Shown: positions 9,071-19,105 of the stretch, piece after piece
Layout: every line of letters starts with the position of its first letter
Numbering within the stretch: position 1 is the stretch's first letter
From: Allomuricauda sp.
GTDB lineage: Bacteria; Bacteroidota; Bacteroidia; Flavobacteriales; Flavobacteriaceae
Assembly: GCA_028280385.1 (NCBI GenBank)
Contig: JANQLX010000002.1
Span: forward strand, 249,726-313,725
Direction: 5' to 3'
DNA length: 64,000 bases
Translations under genes and position numbers: made by a program
Notes under the pieces: generated by a model
The model's database searches: none
Seen by the model: the letters and a program-made list of their open reading frames with translations, nothing else
Told to the model about the DNA's origin: nothing

Positions 9071-12055
9071 ATGACATTAAGAAAAAAAACGATTTCCCTA
9101 TTTAGCCTTGCACTTACCGTATTGCTATTAATTTCAAGTTGTTCCAACAAAACTGACCAAAATAAAAGACCTTTGGAAACTTGGGTTTTTAGATCGGTTT
9201 TGGACAAAAAACCAAGAATGGTAACGGCTGCATTGCATGAAAACATGTGGCTGGCCTATGACACCCAAGATGGAACCTTGTACAAAGCATGGAAAGGCGG
9301 GGTAAATTTCGATGGAGCGGTCTATACCACCAAGCATGGCCCCCAGCCCACCAGTTTGGGATATGCCTATTTATCGGATAGTGAGCAATGGGCCCTTTCC
9401 AAAAATGGTGAAAGGACTGAAGCCAAAATGCAATATAAAGGGCATAAATTTACCAATGGCAATGTAAGTTTTACCTATTTGCTGCTAACTCCTGAAGGTG
9501 ATAACATTGAAGTAGTAGAGACACCAACCTATATCTCTGAAGGTGGGAAAAGTGGGCTTCAGCGTAGTTTTGAGGTCACCAATACCACCGACTACCAGGT
9601 AGTTTTGGAAACCGTGGTTTCCTCCCTGCAAAATGAAACCGATTATACAACCACCGGTTCCTTTACTGATATTACCAAGGAAGAAATCCAATTTGAGGAT
9701 GGTGAAATCCTTCAGATCCGGGGAAGTTTGGTATTAACCGAACCCACAACAACCTTCAGTGCCTACTTTCACCCAGGTTTTGATAAACTGGAGCAGAACA
9801 GCAATGAGCTGGCCTTGGAGGAAAACACCAAAAAAATGTCATTGGGCGCAAGACTGATCGAGGGAAGTGATTGTAAAGCCTGTCACAATGAAGAGGTGAA
9901 AACGGTAGGACCTTCTTATATGTCCATTGCCGAAAAATATCCCATGAACGAGGCTACCATCAAATCGCTTTCAGAGAAGATAAAACTTGGTGGAAATGGA
10001 GTTTGGGGAGAAGCAATGATGACCGCCCACCCTGACCTCCCAGATGCCGATGTGGAGGAAATGGTGAAATACATCTTGGCGCTGGACACCGATTCCGATG
10101 ATGAAGAAAATGAACAACCCAAGGAATTTACATTGGACACAGAATCCATCCCACTGGATTTTAAAGAGAGTATCAAACCACAATCCGGAAACGGCTTGGT
10201 GGCACACTTGTTTTTGGTTGGGGATGAGGACAATGATAGTAAAGCAGCCAATAAAACCATAGCCAGCAATGTACACGTCCTCAGGGCTGACGATTTTGGT
10301 GGTATCAATTCCAATTTTAAACTGGTTATCAAAGGGCAAATTGCCATTCCAGAGACTGGCAGCTACGACTTTAGATTGATGAGCGATGATGGATCCTACT
10401 TGTTTTTGGATGAAGAACTTGTAATTGACAATGGTGGTTTCCATGCCGTAAAGGCCGTAGACGGGGAAATGTACTTGAAGAAGGGAGTCCATGAACTCAG
10501 AATTGAGTTTGAACAAGGAGGTGGAGGTGCCGGATTGTCGTTCCAGTGGTTCAACAAGGCCAATGAGAAATTCGAGCTATTGCCCAACGAAATGTTGACC
10601 TATACCGAAGCACATTTTTCTGAGACCACTCCATACGTACCGCCAAAGTCAGCGGATGAAATGGATAAGGAACTTAGAAAGCCCGGCGATAAAAAACCAT
10701 TGGAAGATGTGCATCCTTCCTTTACCTTATACCAAGCCAGACCAGATGATTTTAAACCCCGTGTAGGTGGAATGGACTTTAAATCGGACAGCACCTTGAT
10801 CCTTAGTACTTGGGATGCGGAAGGTTCGGTCTATGCCATTAAAAACTACCTCTCAGGAGACCCAAAGGCCATTACGGTAAACAGAATAGCTTCTGGTTTG
10901 GCGGAACCCTTGGGTGTTAAGGTGGTAGATGATGAGATTTATGTGCTCCAAAAACAGGAACTCACCAAATTGATTGATCACGATGGAGATGAACTCATTG
11001 ATGAATACCAGGTGGTCAGCAACAAATGGAAGGTGTCCGACAATTTCCATGAGTTCGCCTTTGGACTGGAATATAACGAAGGCCATTTTTATGCTACTTT
11101 GGCCACGGCAATCCTGCCGGGTGGTGCCAGCGCATCCCCGCAGATTCCTGATCGTGGCAAAACAATTAAGATCAGTAAGGAAAATGGCGATTTGGAATTT
11201 GTTGCCCACGGGCTTCGAACCCCAAATGGTATTGGATTCAACAAGGAAAAAGAGCTTTTTGTGGCCGATAATCAAGGGGATTGGTTGCCATCCTCCAAAA
11301 TTGTACATATCCAAAATGGGGAATTCTATGGTTCCCGCTCCGTGGATCCAGAAGGTACCGCAGACCTGGTTGAAAAACTACCACTGGTATGGCTGCCCCA
11401 AGATGAAATTGGAAACTCTCCCAGCGAACCCACTTATTTGGATGTTGGTCCATATAAAGGACAATTGATCCATGGCGAGGTGACCCATGGTGGGATAAAA
11501 CGTGTGGCCTACGAAGACGTTGGCGGTCAATTGCAAGGGGCCGTGTTTAGGTTTACCCAAGGTATTGAGGCCGGGGTCAACCGAATTCGATGGGCGCCCG
11601 ATGGTTCCCTGGTTATTGGAGGTATCGGGGTTTCTGGAAACTGGTTGCACTATGGCAAGCTTAACTATGGATTGCAACGGATGGTATACAATGGGGAGAC
11701 AACTTTTGAGATGTTGAAAATCACCTCTAAATCGGATGGTTTTGCAATAGATTTTACAGCACCTTTGGCCAATGAAGTGGATACCTCCAAGGTATTGGAA
11801 GTGGAACAATGGTATTACCTGCCCACCGAGGCCTACGGAGGGCCAAAACTCGATCATAAAAAACTAAGCAGTCGGGTAATCAAAATATCGGATGATAGAA
11901 AGCGACTGTTTGTTTCGGTGGATGGCCTTAAAGAAAACCATGTGGTCTATTTCCACCTTAATCCAACATTGAAGAGCGATTCCGGTCAAGAACTTTGGAC
12001 CACTGAAGCCTGGTATACCCAAAACAAAATATCGGAGAATAGCCTTCTTGAATAA
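9071..12055 (+). CDS. large lipoprotein: cytochrome c + PA14 + glucose/sorbosone dehydrogenase-like beta-propeller
   Basis: Lipobox LLLISSC; heme motif CKACH with distal Met (MMTAHP); PA14 motif FRLMSDDGS; propeller segments GLRTPNGIG and ADNQGDW. ATG 9071 preferred over GTG 8948, which lies inside the promoter block. Confidence 0.85.
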   Translation: MTLRKKTISLFSLALTVLLLISSCSNKTDQNKRPLETWVFRSVLDKKPRMVTAALHENMWLAYDTQDGTLYKAWKGGVNFDGAVYTTKHGPQPTSLGYAYLSDSEQWALSKNGERTEAKMQYKGHKFTNGNVSFTYLLLTPEGDNIEVVETPTYISEGGKSGLQRSFEVTNTTDYQVVLETVVSSLQNETDYTTTGSFTDITKEEIQFEDGEILQIRGSLVLTEPTTTFSAYFHPGFDKLEQNSNELALEENTKKMSLGARLIEGSDCKACHNEEVKTVGPSYMSIAEKYPMNEATIKSLSEKIKLGGNGVWGEAMMTAHPDLPDADVEEMVKYILALDTDSDDEENEQPKEFTLDTESIPLDFKESIKPQSGNGLVAHLFLVGDEDNDSKAANKTIASNVHVLRADDFGGINSNFKLVIKGQIAIPETGSYDFRLMSDDGSYLFLDEELVIDNGGFHAVKAVDGEMYLKKGVHELRIEFEQGGGGAGLSFQWFNKANEKFELLPNEMLTYTEAHFSETTPYVPPKSADEMDKELRKPGDKKPLEDVHPSFTLYQARPDDFKPRVGGMDFKSDSTLILSTWDAEGSVYAIKNYLSGDPKAITVNRIASGLAEPLGVKVVDDEIYVLQKQELTKLIDHDGDELIDEYQVVSNKWKVSDNFHEFAFGLEYNEGHFYATLATAILPGGASASPQIPDRGKTIKISKENGDLEFVAHGLRTPNGIGFNKEKELFVADNQGDWLPSSKIVHIQNGEFYGSRSVDPEGTADLVEKLPLVWLPQDEIGNSPSEPTYLDVGPYKGQLIHGEVTHGGIKRVAYEDVGGQLQGAVFRFTQGIEAGVNRIRWAPDGSLVIGGIGVSGNWLHYGKLNYGLQRMVYNGETTFEMLKITSKSDGFAIDFTAPLANEVDTSKVLEVEQWYYLPTEAYGGPKLDHKKLSSRVIKISDDRKRLFVSVDGLKENHVVYFHLNPTLKSDSGQELWTTEAWYTQNKISENSLLE

Positions 12056-12149
12056 TGGTATACAAAATGTATACAGGAGAGAGAAATAAGATGAATAGGA
12101 ATTAAATTGGCGGGGACGTCAAGGCAACTTTAAACAATTGAAATAGCCC

Positions 12150-12536
12150 ATGGGAAATCAAAACAAACCATCCTCACGACAGAAAATCGTCAATATTGTT
12201 TTGTTCTTGTTGTTTGCGGCTTTTGCCATCGTACAATTGAACGACAAAGACGGTTTTATTTGGTTCTCCATTTATGGCGTTGTGGGACTGGTACATCTAT
12301 ATGCCATCTTCAAACCACTTAAGCCAAGTGTTTTGCTGTTATTTCTAATTGGCTTGGCCATATATGCTGCTATGCATGCCTCCTATTTTCTGGACTGGCT
12401 TCAAGTACAGAACAAATCCGAACTTTTTGGTGAAATGGTCTACGAAAAACCATACCTTGAAGGTACCCGGGAATTTTTGGGCTTGGTCATAGCTTTGGTT
12501 TCCATGGTCTATCAATGGAGGCAATCCAAAAAATGA
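12150..12536 (+). CDS. transmembrane 220 (TMEM220) family protein
   Basis: FAIVQLNDKDGFIWFSIYG and E..RE..GL motifs; 4 TM segments. Confidence 0.75.
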   Translation: MGNQNKPSSRQKIVNIVLFLLFAAFAIVQLNDKDGFIWFSIYGVVGLVHLYAIFKPLKPSVLLLFLIGLAIYAAMHASYFLDWLQVQNKSELFGEMVYEKPYLEGTREFLGLVIALVSMVYQWRQSKK

Positions 12537-12574
12537 AAAGAAATCTATACTAAAAGTAATGTGGGAAGGATAAA

Positions 12575-13381
12575 ATGGGAGATAGAAAGTTAGATTTTAC
12601 CAAGTGCGTTGTAGGCAAAATGTCTCCTGAAGAGCAAGATTGGCTGAACGTAAAAATGGCTGCCGTTAAAGAGAGTGCAAGGAGATTTCCCATTTTCTTT
12701 AGCCAAGCCTCACGTTTTATTGCCAATGATGTCCCGGAGTGGAATACGGACGAAATCCAAACGTTAGAGAACATTTACCCGGGATTTGGAAGCACGGATT
12801 GGACCAAAAGGAACTTGGCAAGAACAATTCTAATATGCGCTTTGGATACCAATTCGGATATTCAGGTTTTACGTGTTTTTTTCGAAATTGCAGAGATGAA
12901 CGAACTGGTGGCCCTCTACAAAGGTTTGTTCCTGTTGGATAACGCGGCCGATTTCTCTTCCCAGGTAAAAGAGGGGGTCCGTACCAATATGGTCAACGTA
13001 TTTGATGCCATTTGTCTTGGGAATCCCTTTGCAGCGGCTTATCTTGAAGACCCGGCATGGAACCAACTGGTCTTAAAAGCCATTTTTATGGAAAGACCTT
13101 TGTATAAAATCCAAAATATAGACCAACGAAGAAATAAGGAATTGGCAGATATGCTCCAAGATTACATCCAGGAGCGCTGGGCGGCAAAGCGTACAGTTTC
13201 TCCTGAGGTCTGGCGACTTGTACATCAGTACTTACGGGAAGATGTCAAGCAGTTGATTTTGGAAAAAGAACTTGAAGTTTTGGAAAAAAGTGCCATAGAA
13301 ACCATTTTGGATTCAAATGCAACTGTAGGAGAGGAATTTTGGAACAACATAGGAAAAATGAACGAAATAAATTTAAACTAA
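12575..13381 (+). CDS. eboA: EboA domain protein
   Basis: GVRTNMVNVFDAI...NPFAA...WNQLVLKAIF...YIQERWAAKR.VSPEVWR; first gene of the ebo cassette. Confidence 0.88.
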   Translation: MGDRKLDFTKCVVGKMSPEEQDWLNVKMAAVKESARRFPIFFSQASRFIANDVPEWNTDEIQTLENIYPGFGSTDWTKRNLARTILICALDTNSDIQVLRVFFEIAEMNELVALYKGLFLLDNAADFSSQVKEGVRTNMVNVFDAICLGNPFAAAYLEDPAWNQLVLKAIFMERPLYKIQNIDQRRNKELADMLQDYIQERWAAKRTVSPEVWRLVHQYLREDVKQLILEKELEVLEKSAIETILDSNATVGEEFWNNIGKMNEINLN

Positions 13382-14286
13382 TGCACTATATAGACCCCCA
13401 TATACATATGGTCTCAAGGACCACGGACGATTATGAAGCGATGAGGGAAGCCGGTATTGTGGCGGTGATCGAACCTGCGTTTTGGTTGGGACAACCACGG
13501 ACCACCGTGGGATCCTTCAAGGATTACTTTAGCATGCTGGTTGGATGGGAACGCTTTAGGGCTTCGCAATTTGGAATCAAGCATTATTGCACCATTGGAT
13601 TGAATTCCAAGGAAGCGAACAATGAGGAGTTGGCCGAACAGGTCATGGAAATCCTGCCCCAATTTTTAGCCAAGGAAGGTGTTGTGGCCGTTGGTGAAAT
13701 AGGATATGACGATCAATCCGAAGCAGAGGACAAATACTTTAGGCTACAGCTGGAACTCGCAAAGGAATTTGAACTTCCCGTTATGATCCATACCCCGCAT
13801 CGCGACAAGAAAAATGGAACCCTAAGAAGCATGGATGTCATCCAGGAACACGGCATTCCAGAACATATGGTGGTGATTGACCATAACAATGAAGAAACCG
13901 TAAAACATGTACTCGACAGGGGCTTTTGGGCAGCATTCACCATCTATCCCAAAACCAAAATGAGCAAAATGAGAATGGTGAACATAGTGAACACCTATGG
14001 GTCTGAAAAGATCATCGTGGACAGTTCTGCGGATTGGGGTGTAAGTGACCCATTGTCTGTTCCCAGAACAGCGGCAATCATGAGAGAACATGGAATCGCG
14101 GAACATCACATTCACCTGACTTGTTATCAAAATGCCATAACGGTTTACGGGCAAAGTGGACAGTTCAATGAATCTGATTGGAAACAGGACCATCTGGTAA
14201 AGCAAGCTGATCTACACCAAGGGAACAGTGTGCTTAGGGGGCAGGAAGCCAAGGAGATTAACTTCAAAAACAGTATCGGGGATTAA
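13381..14286 (+). CDS. eboB: TatD family hydrolase EboB
   Basis: ATG overlaps the eboA TAA (TAATG); DPHIHM, VGEIGYD, HTPH, DSSADWG motifs. Confidence 0.9.
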   Translation: MHYIDPHIHMVSRTTDDYEAMREAGIVAVIEPAFWLGQPRTTVGSFKDYFSMLVGWERFRASQFGIKHYCTIGLNSKEANNEELAEQVMEILPQFLAKEGVVAVGEIGYDDQSEAEDKYFRLQLELAKEFELPVMIHTPHRDKKNGTLRSMDVIQEHGIPEHMVVIDHNNEETVKHVLDRGFWAAFTIYPKTKMSKMRMVNIVNTYGSEKIIVDSSADWGVSDPLSVPRTAAIMREHGIAEHHIHLTCYQNAITVYGQSGQFNESDWKQDHLVKQADLHQGNSVLRGQEAKEINFKNSIGD

Positions 14287-14289
14287 TCC

Positions 14290-15180
14290 ATGCAATGGTC
14301 CGGGTATATACAGCTGATCAGGCCTGCCAATATTGTTACGGCCATAGCGGATATCATTGCGGGAGTGGCCATAGCTGGCGTGATTACCCTTGATGTTTGG
14401 AATCAGAACGTACTATTGGATGTATGCCTGCTGATCATTTCCACCAGTTGCCTATATGGCGGTGGAATTGTTTTCAATGATGTTTTCGATATTGAAGAGG
14501 ACAAAATCCATAGGCCGGAAAGAGTTATTCCTTCAGGCAGGGTCAGTCTTCAACAAGCTTCGCGGTTTGGGTCCTTACTTTTTATCATTGGCATCCTGGC
14601 TGCCTTTGGCGTGTCCATTTTAAGTGGCGGAATAGCTGCGAGTATTGCACTTTTGGCCTTGCTCTATGATAAATACAGCAAACATCATACAGTTTTGGGG
14701 CCACTGAATATGGGTGCATGCAGGGGTGCCAACCTGGTGCTGGGCATGAGTATACTGCAACCCGTTCCCTCCCATTTTTTATGGATTGGATTGCTCCCCG
14801 TCATCTTTGTTGCCGCCATCACCCTGACAGCACAAAAAGAAAGCCAAGGAAAGAACAAAAGAGCCATAGCGGTTGCCATGCTCTTGGACACAACCATAGT
14901 AGTAGGTCTTCTATTATTAAGCCGATACTTTAACTTTTCATTAAAATCGGCTGCCATATTTATAGTACTTTGGTATGGGGTTAATTTTTTGGCCAAGTTC
15001 AAAGCAATTCGACATAATGATCCCAAAATCATTAAAAAAGCGGTAAAGACAGGTGTTTTGTCCCTTATACCGCTAAATGCAAGTTATGTGGCTGGTTTTG
15101 GTTCTGTTTACTTCGGACTGGCCACCCTTTGCCTGTTGCCATTATCCATATACCTGGCCAAGAGATTTGCGGTGACCTAA
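14290..15180 (+). CDS. eboC: UbiA-like prenyltransferase EboC
   Basis: Asp-rich NDVFDIEEDKIHRPER.IPSG, second motif YD...K, GACRGANL; multi-TM. Confidence 0.92.
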   Translation: MQWSGYIQLIRPANIVTAIADIIAGVAIAGVITLDVWNQNVLLDVCLLIISTSCLYGGGIVFNDVFDIEEDKIHRPERVIPSGRVSLQQASRFGSLLFIIGILAAFGVSILSGGIAASIALLALLYDKYSKHHTVLGPLNMGACRGANLVLGMSILQPVPSHFLWIGLLPVIFVAAITLTAQKESQGKNKRAIAVAMLLDTTIVVGLLLLSRYFNFSLKSAAIFIVLWYGVNFLAKFKAIRHNDPKIIKKAVKTGVLSLIPLNASYVAGFGSVYFGLATLCLLPLSIYLAKRFAVT

Positions 15181-15186
15181 TTTGTT

Positions 15187-16362
15187 ATGCGGAAAGAAAT
15201 TATGAAAAAGGAAAGAATCATAGAGCAGAAGTTTCAAGTGAATTTTCAATTTAACGTGTTGTTCACCCACAACATTTTTGATGTTGAAAATTCCATTTTA
15301 CAGCAACTGCTGTCGGAAAATGCATTGAACACCAGCAAGGCCCTTGTTGTGGTGGATGGGGGTGTCAAGGAAGCACACCCCATGTTGTTGACAGCTATTA
15401 AAGATTACTTCAAACATTACAATAAATCCATTGCCCTGCAAGGTGAAATATTGATAGTTCCCGGTGGGGAACCCGCCAAAAATGATGAAACCTTGATCAA
15501 GTCCATTTTGGATAAGATAAACCAATTTGGGATTGACAGGCATTCCTATGTCATCGCCATAGGCGGAGGTGCAGTTTTGGATGCTGTAGGCTTTGCCGCG
15601 GCCATTGCACATCGCGGGGTTAGGCACATTCGGATTCCCACTACGGTTTTGTCCCAAAACGATTCCGGAATTGGGGTTAAAAATGGCATCAACACCTACG
15701 GCAAGAAGAACTTTACCGGTAGCTTCGCCAGCCCTTATGCCGTTGTTAATGATGCTACCTTTCTCACCACTTTGGACGACAGGGATTGGAGAGCGGGAAT
15801 AGCGGAGGCGGTTAAAGTGGCACTGATCAAGGATGCGGAGTTCTTCGAGTGGCTTGAATCGGAGTCTGAGGCTTTGGCCAATCGGAATATGGAGGTAATG
15901 GATGAGCTTATCTATCGTTGCGCGGATTTACACATGCAACACATCCGTACTTCCGGGGATGCCTTTGAACAAGGGTCATCCAGACCTCTGGATTTTGGAC
16001 ATTGGGCAGCACATAAACTGGAACAATTGACCAATTTTTCAGTACGCCATGGGGAAGCGGTAGCCATCGGAATTGGGTTGGACAGTGCCTATTCCCATTT
16101 AAAAGGATATTTAGATCAACCATCCTTAGATCGCATTTTGAATCTGATGGCCAAATTAGGATTTGATTTGTACCACCCACAATTATCGGAGCAGGTCATC
16201 CAGGGACTGGAAGAATTTAGGGAGCACCTGGGCGGGCAACTTACCATTATGCTGTTGGATGCCATAGGCCATGGTTTCGAAGTCCATGAAATGGACGAGG
16301 AAGTGGTCTTGGAGGCCATGAAATATATAAAACAGTACAGTGCGGAAAAACTCGAGGTGTAA
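15187..16362 (+). CDS. eboD: 3-dehydroquinate synthase-like sugar-phosphate cyclase EboD
   Basis: GGGAVLDAVG, IPTTVLSQNDSGIGVKNG, DFGHWAAHKLE, HGEAVAIG. Confidence 0.92.
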   Translation: MRKEIMKKERIIEQKFQVNFQFNVLFTHNIFDVENSILQQLLSENALNTSKALVVVDGGVKEAHPMLLTAIKDYFKHYNKSIALQGEILIVPGGEPAKNDETLIKSILDKINQFGIDRHSYVIAIGGGAVLDAVGFAAAIAHRGVRHIRIPTTVLSQNDSGIGVKNGINTYGKKNFTGSFASPYAVVNDATFLTTLDDRDWRAGIAEAVKVALIKDAEFFEWLESESEALANRNMEVMDELIYRCADLHMQHIRTSGDAFEQGSSRPLDFGHWAAHKLEQLTNFSVRHGEAVAIGIGLDSAYSHLKGYLDQPSLDRILNLMAKLGFDLYHPQLSEQVIQGLEEFREHLGGQLTIMLLDAIGHGFEVHEMDEEVVLEAMKYIKQYSAEKLEV

Positions 16363-17573
16363 TGCAAATTGAACACAATGCCCATTTAACGTACTGTACG
16401 AATATCCATCCTGGGGAAAGTTGGGAAGAAGTTTTTGCCAGTTTACAAACCTATGGCCTACAGATAAAAAAGAAGGTTGCCAACAATCAAGCTTTCGGTT
16501 TAGGATTACGTTTATCCCGACGAAGCGCGGAAGAATTGATTCAAGGAAAGCATTTGGACCAGTTCAAGTCCTGGTTGGAAACCCATAATTTATATGTGTT
16601 TACCATGAATGGATTCCCTTATGGGGATTTTCATCATGTGGCAGTTAAAGACCAGGTCCATACCCCTGATTGGACTACCGCAGACCGGGTGGTGTACACC
16701 AAAAGTCTTGTGAAAATTCTGGCCCATCTGCTTCCAGAAGGTATGGAAGGAGGGATTTCCACCTCGCCCCTCTCCTATAAATATTGGTTCAATTCCGAAG
16801 AACAAATTGAAGAGGTTAAAAGCAAAGCTGCCTTATCCCTGATCGCTGTGGTTGAAGAACTGGTCCAGGTTAAAAACCAATTGGGAAAAACCATCCACAT
16901 TGATATTGAACCGGAACCGGACGGAGTTTTGGAAAACACCCAAGAGGTCATTTCCTTTTATCAGGACCATTTGCTCAAAAAAGGAGTAGAGGCGTTGCAG
17001 GAAAAACTTAAATGTTCCCAATCCGAAGCACGGGAGCATATTTTGGAGCATCTTCAAGTGTGTTATGATGTCTGCCATTTTTCATTGGCCTATGAAGAGC
17101 CAAAGGAGGTAATGGCACAATTTCAGGAACACGGAATCAAGGTCGGAAAAATACAGATCAGTGCCGCGCTTAAAAGTAGGCGCTCACCAAATGTTTCCAT
17201 CAAAGAACAGCAAGATTGCCTGCAACAGTTTGATGAACCTGTATACCTGCACCAAGCGGTGGTACAGAAAAAGGACGGCACGCTAGACCATTATCCCGAT
17301 CTTCAGGAGGGCATAACGGCTATGGAAGATGAAAATTTTCAGGAACTCCGGGCACATTTCCACATCCCCATTTTTATTCCGGAGTTTCAGGTATTGGAAT
17401 CTACCCAAAATGATATTATCAAGGCCATGGACCTTTGGAAAGAAGTTCCCTATAGCGGCCATCTGGAGGTTGAAACCTATACCTGGACCATTTTACCAGA
17501 GCATTTGCAAACAGACATAACAAGTTCCATCGTAAGGGAATTGCAATGGGTCTTGAACCAATTGGAAGCATAA
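16362..17573 (+). CDS. eboE: xylose-isomerase-like TIM barrel EboE
   Basis: LTYCTNIHPGESW, TMNGFPYGDFH...VK, EPEPDG, CYDVCH, HLEVETYTW; ATG overlaps the eboD TAA. Confidence 0.92.
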   Translation: MQIEHNAHLTYCTNIHPGESWEEVFASLQTYGLQIKKKVANNQAFGLGLRLSRRSAEELIQGKHLDQFKSWLETHNLYVFTMNGFPYGDFHHVAVKDQVHTPDWTTADRVVYTKSLVKILAHLLPEGMEGGISTSPLSYKYWFNSEEQIEEVKSKAALSLIAVVEELVQVKNQLGKTIHIDIEPEPDGVLENTQEVISFYQDHLLKKGVEALQEKLKCSQSEAREHILEHLQVCYDVCHFSLAYEEPKEVMAQFQEHGIKVGKIQISAALKSRRSPNVSIKEQQDCLQQFDEPVYLHQAVVQKKDGTLDHYPDLQEGITAMEDENFQELRAHFHIPIFIPEFQVLESTQNDIIKAMDLWKEVPYSGHLEVETYTWTILPEHLQTDITSSIVRELQWVLNQLEA

Positions 17574-17586
17574 ATAGGAGAAGCAC

Positions 17587-18960
17587 ATGAAGCAAACCGT
17601 GGTCATCAATGTTGTAGGACTCTCTTCTTCCCTACTCCAACATGAAGATTTGTTTTTGACGCAATGGATTAAAAACAAACAGTTATCCAGAATAAAGCCT
17701 GTACTTCCGGCGGTTACCTGCTCTGCCCAGTCCACCTATCTGACTGGAAAACTCCCAAATGAACACGGCATAGTGGCCAATGGCTGGTATTTTAAGGATG
17801 AAAGTGAGGTCAAACTTTGGAGGCAATCCAACCACTTGGTACAAGCCCCGAAGATTTGGGATATGGCCAAGGAGAAAAATTCGGATTTTACCTGCTCCAA
17901 TATGTTCTGGTGGTATAATATGTATTCCAATTCCGATTTTAATGTGACCCCAAGACCCCAGTACAGGGCAGATGGACAAAAGATTCCCGATTGCTATTCC
18001 AAACCTGCGGAACTACGGGATAAATTACAAAAAGAACTGGGAACCTTCCCCCTGTTCAATTTTTGGGGGCCAACAGCCAATATCAAGTCCACCCAATGGA
18101 TAGCCAATGCTTCAAAATTGGTACATTCCTGGCATGAACCCACCTTACAACTCATTTACTTGCCCCATTTGGATTACGTGCTTCAAAAACATAATGACCC
18201 TGCCATTATTCTCCAAAATTTACTTGAATTGGACGTGGTTTTGGAAGACCTTATCGGGTTTTACGAGGCCAAAGGGATTGATCCCATCGTACTTTCAGAA
18301 TATGGCATCGCCCCGGTAAAGGGGCCCATCCACATCAACCAACTGTTACGGGAAAATGGGTATATACAAGTCCGGGAAGAAAATGGATTGGAGATTTTGG
18401 ATGCCGGTGCCAGTGACGCCTTCGCCATGGCCGATCATCAAATTGCCCATGTTTATGTAAATACCAAACATAAAGTGGAGGAAGTAAAAAAACTGCTTGA
18501 AAATTGTCCAGAAATAGACCTGGTTCTGGATGCTGATAGCAAAATGGATTATCATTTAGATCATGAACGATCGGGTGACTTGGTAGCGGTTTCTAAAAAA
18601 GACTACTGGTTTACCTATTATTATTGGTTGGATGACGTCAAAGCACCAGATTTTGCCCGAACCGTGGATATCCATAAAAAACCAGGATACGACCCAGTGG
18701 AAATGTTCACTGATCCCAAGAAAAAATTGATGCTGGCCCGAATTGGATGGAAACTGTTGAAGAAGAAGCTTGGATTCAGGGGCTTGTTCAACGTAATTCC
18801 CCTTGATGCCCATTTGATTCAGGGATCCCATGGGGCCATCAACATCCCGGAAGCATATTATCCAGTTTTGATACACGCCAATGAAGGAGAGGCTCCAAAC
18901 GATGAAATTGTCGCACCTACGGATGTATGTGCCTATATTTTAAAGCAGGTATTTGGCTGA
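17587..18960 (+). CDS. eboF: alkaline phosphatase/nucleotide pyrophosphatase family protein EboF
   Basis: VINVVGL, PAVTCSAQSTYLTG (Thr nucleophile), YLPHLDY, SEYG, GYDP, GSHG. Confidence 0.9.
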   Translation: MKQTVVINVVGLSSSLLQHEDLFLTQWIKNKQLSRIKPVLPAVTCSAQSTYLTGKLPNEHGIVANGWYFKDESEVKLWRQSNHLVQAPKIWDMAKEKNSDFTCSNMFWWYNMYSNSDFNVTPRPQYRADGQKIPDCYSKPAELRDKLQKELGTFPLFNFWGPTANIKSTQWIANASKLVHSWHEPTLQLIYLPHLDYVLQKHNDPAIILQNLLELDVVLEDLIGFYEAKGIDPIVLSEYGIAPVKGPIHINQLLRENGYIQVREENGLEILDAGASDAFAMADHQIAHVYVNTKHKVEEVKKLLENCPEIDLVLDADSKMDYHLDHERSGDLVAVSKKDYWFTYYYWLDDVKAPDFARTVDIHKKPGYDPVEMFTDPKKKLMLARIGWKLLKKKLGFRGLFNVIPLDAHLIQGSHGAINIPEAYYPVLIHANEGEAPNDEIVAPTDVCAYILKQVFG

Positions 18961-19012
18961 CCAGACTACCCAAAATTTTACTGTTAGTACCCTTTTTGGG
19001 TTTCTAACGGCT

Positions 19013-19073
19013 TGTATAAAATATTTCAATGACCGGAAGTACACAGCAGAAAGCTTATAAATAGCTAACTTTC
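19013..19073 (+). promoter_or_regulatory. conserved promoter/operator block B, shared with 8932-8992
   Basis: TGTATAAAATATTTCAATG-N6-AGTACACA-N18-GCTAACTTTC, 32 bp before ATG 19106. Confidence 0.7.
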
Positions 19074-19105
19074 ATGTTTAAATCTCTAACTCGACCCTCA
19101 AAACG

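Noticed and set aside
12058-12075. GTATACA-AAAT-GTATACA repeat just after the first large gene, loosely resembling the shared promoter motif
   Set aside because: It matches only TACAAAAT and lacks the AGTRCACA and GCTAACTTTC blocks at the conserved spacing.
15187-16362. Calling EboD a housekeeping aroB
   Set aside because: It is embedded in eboA-F with no shikimate-pathway neighbours and has WAAHKLE rather than the typical TFGHAIE.
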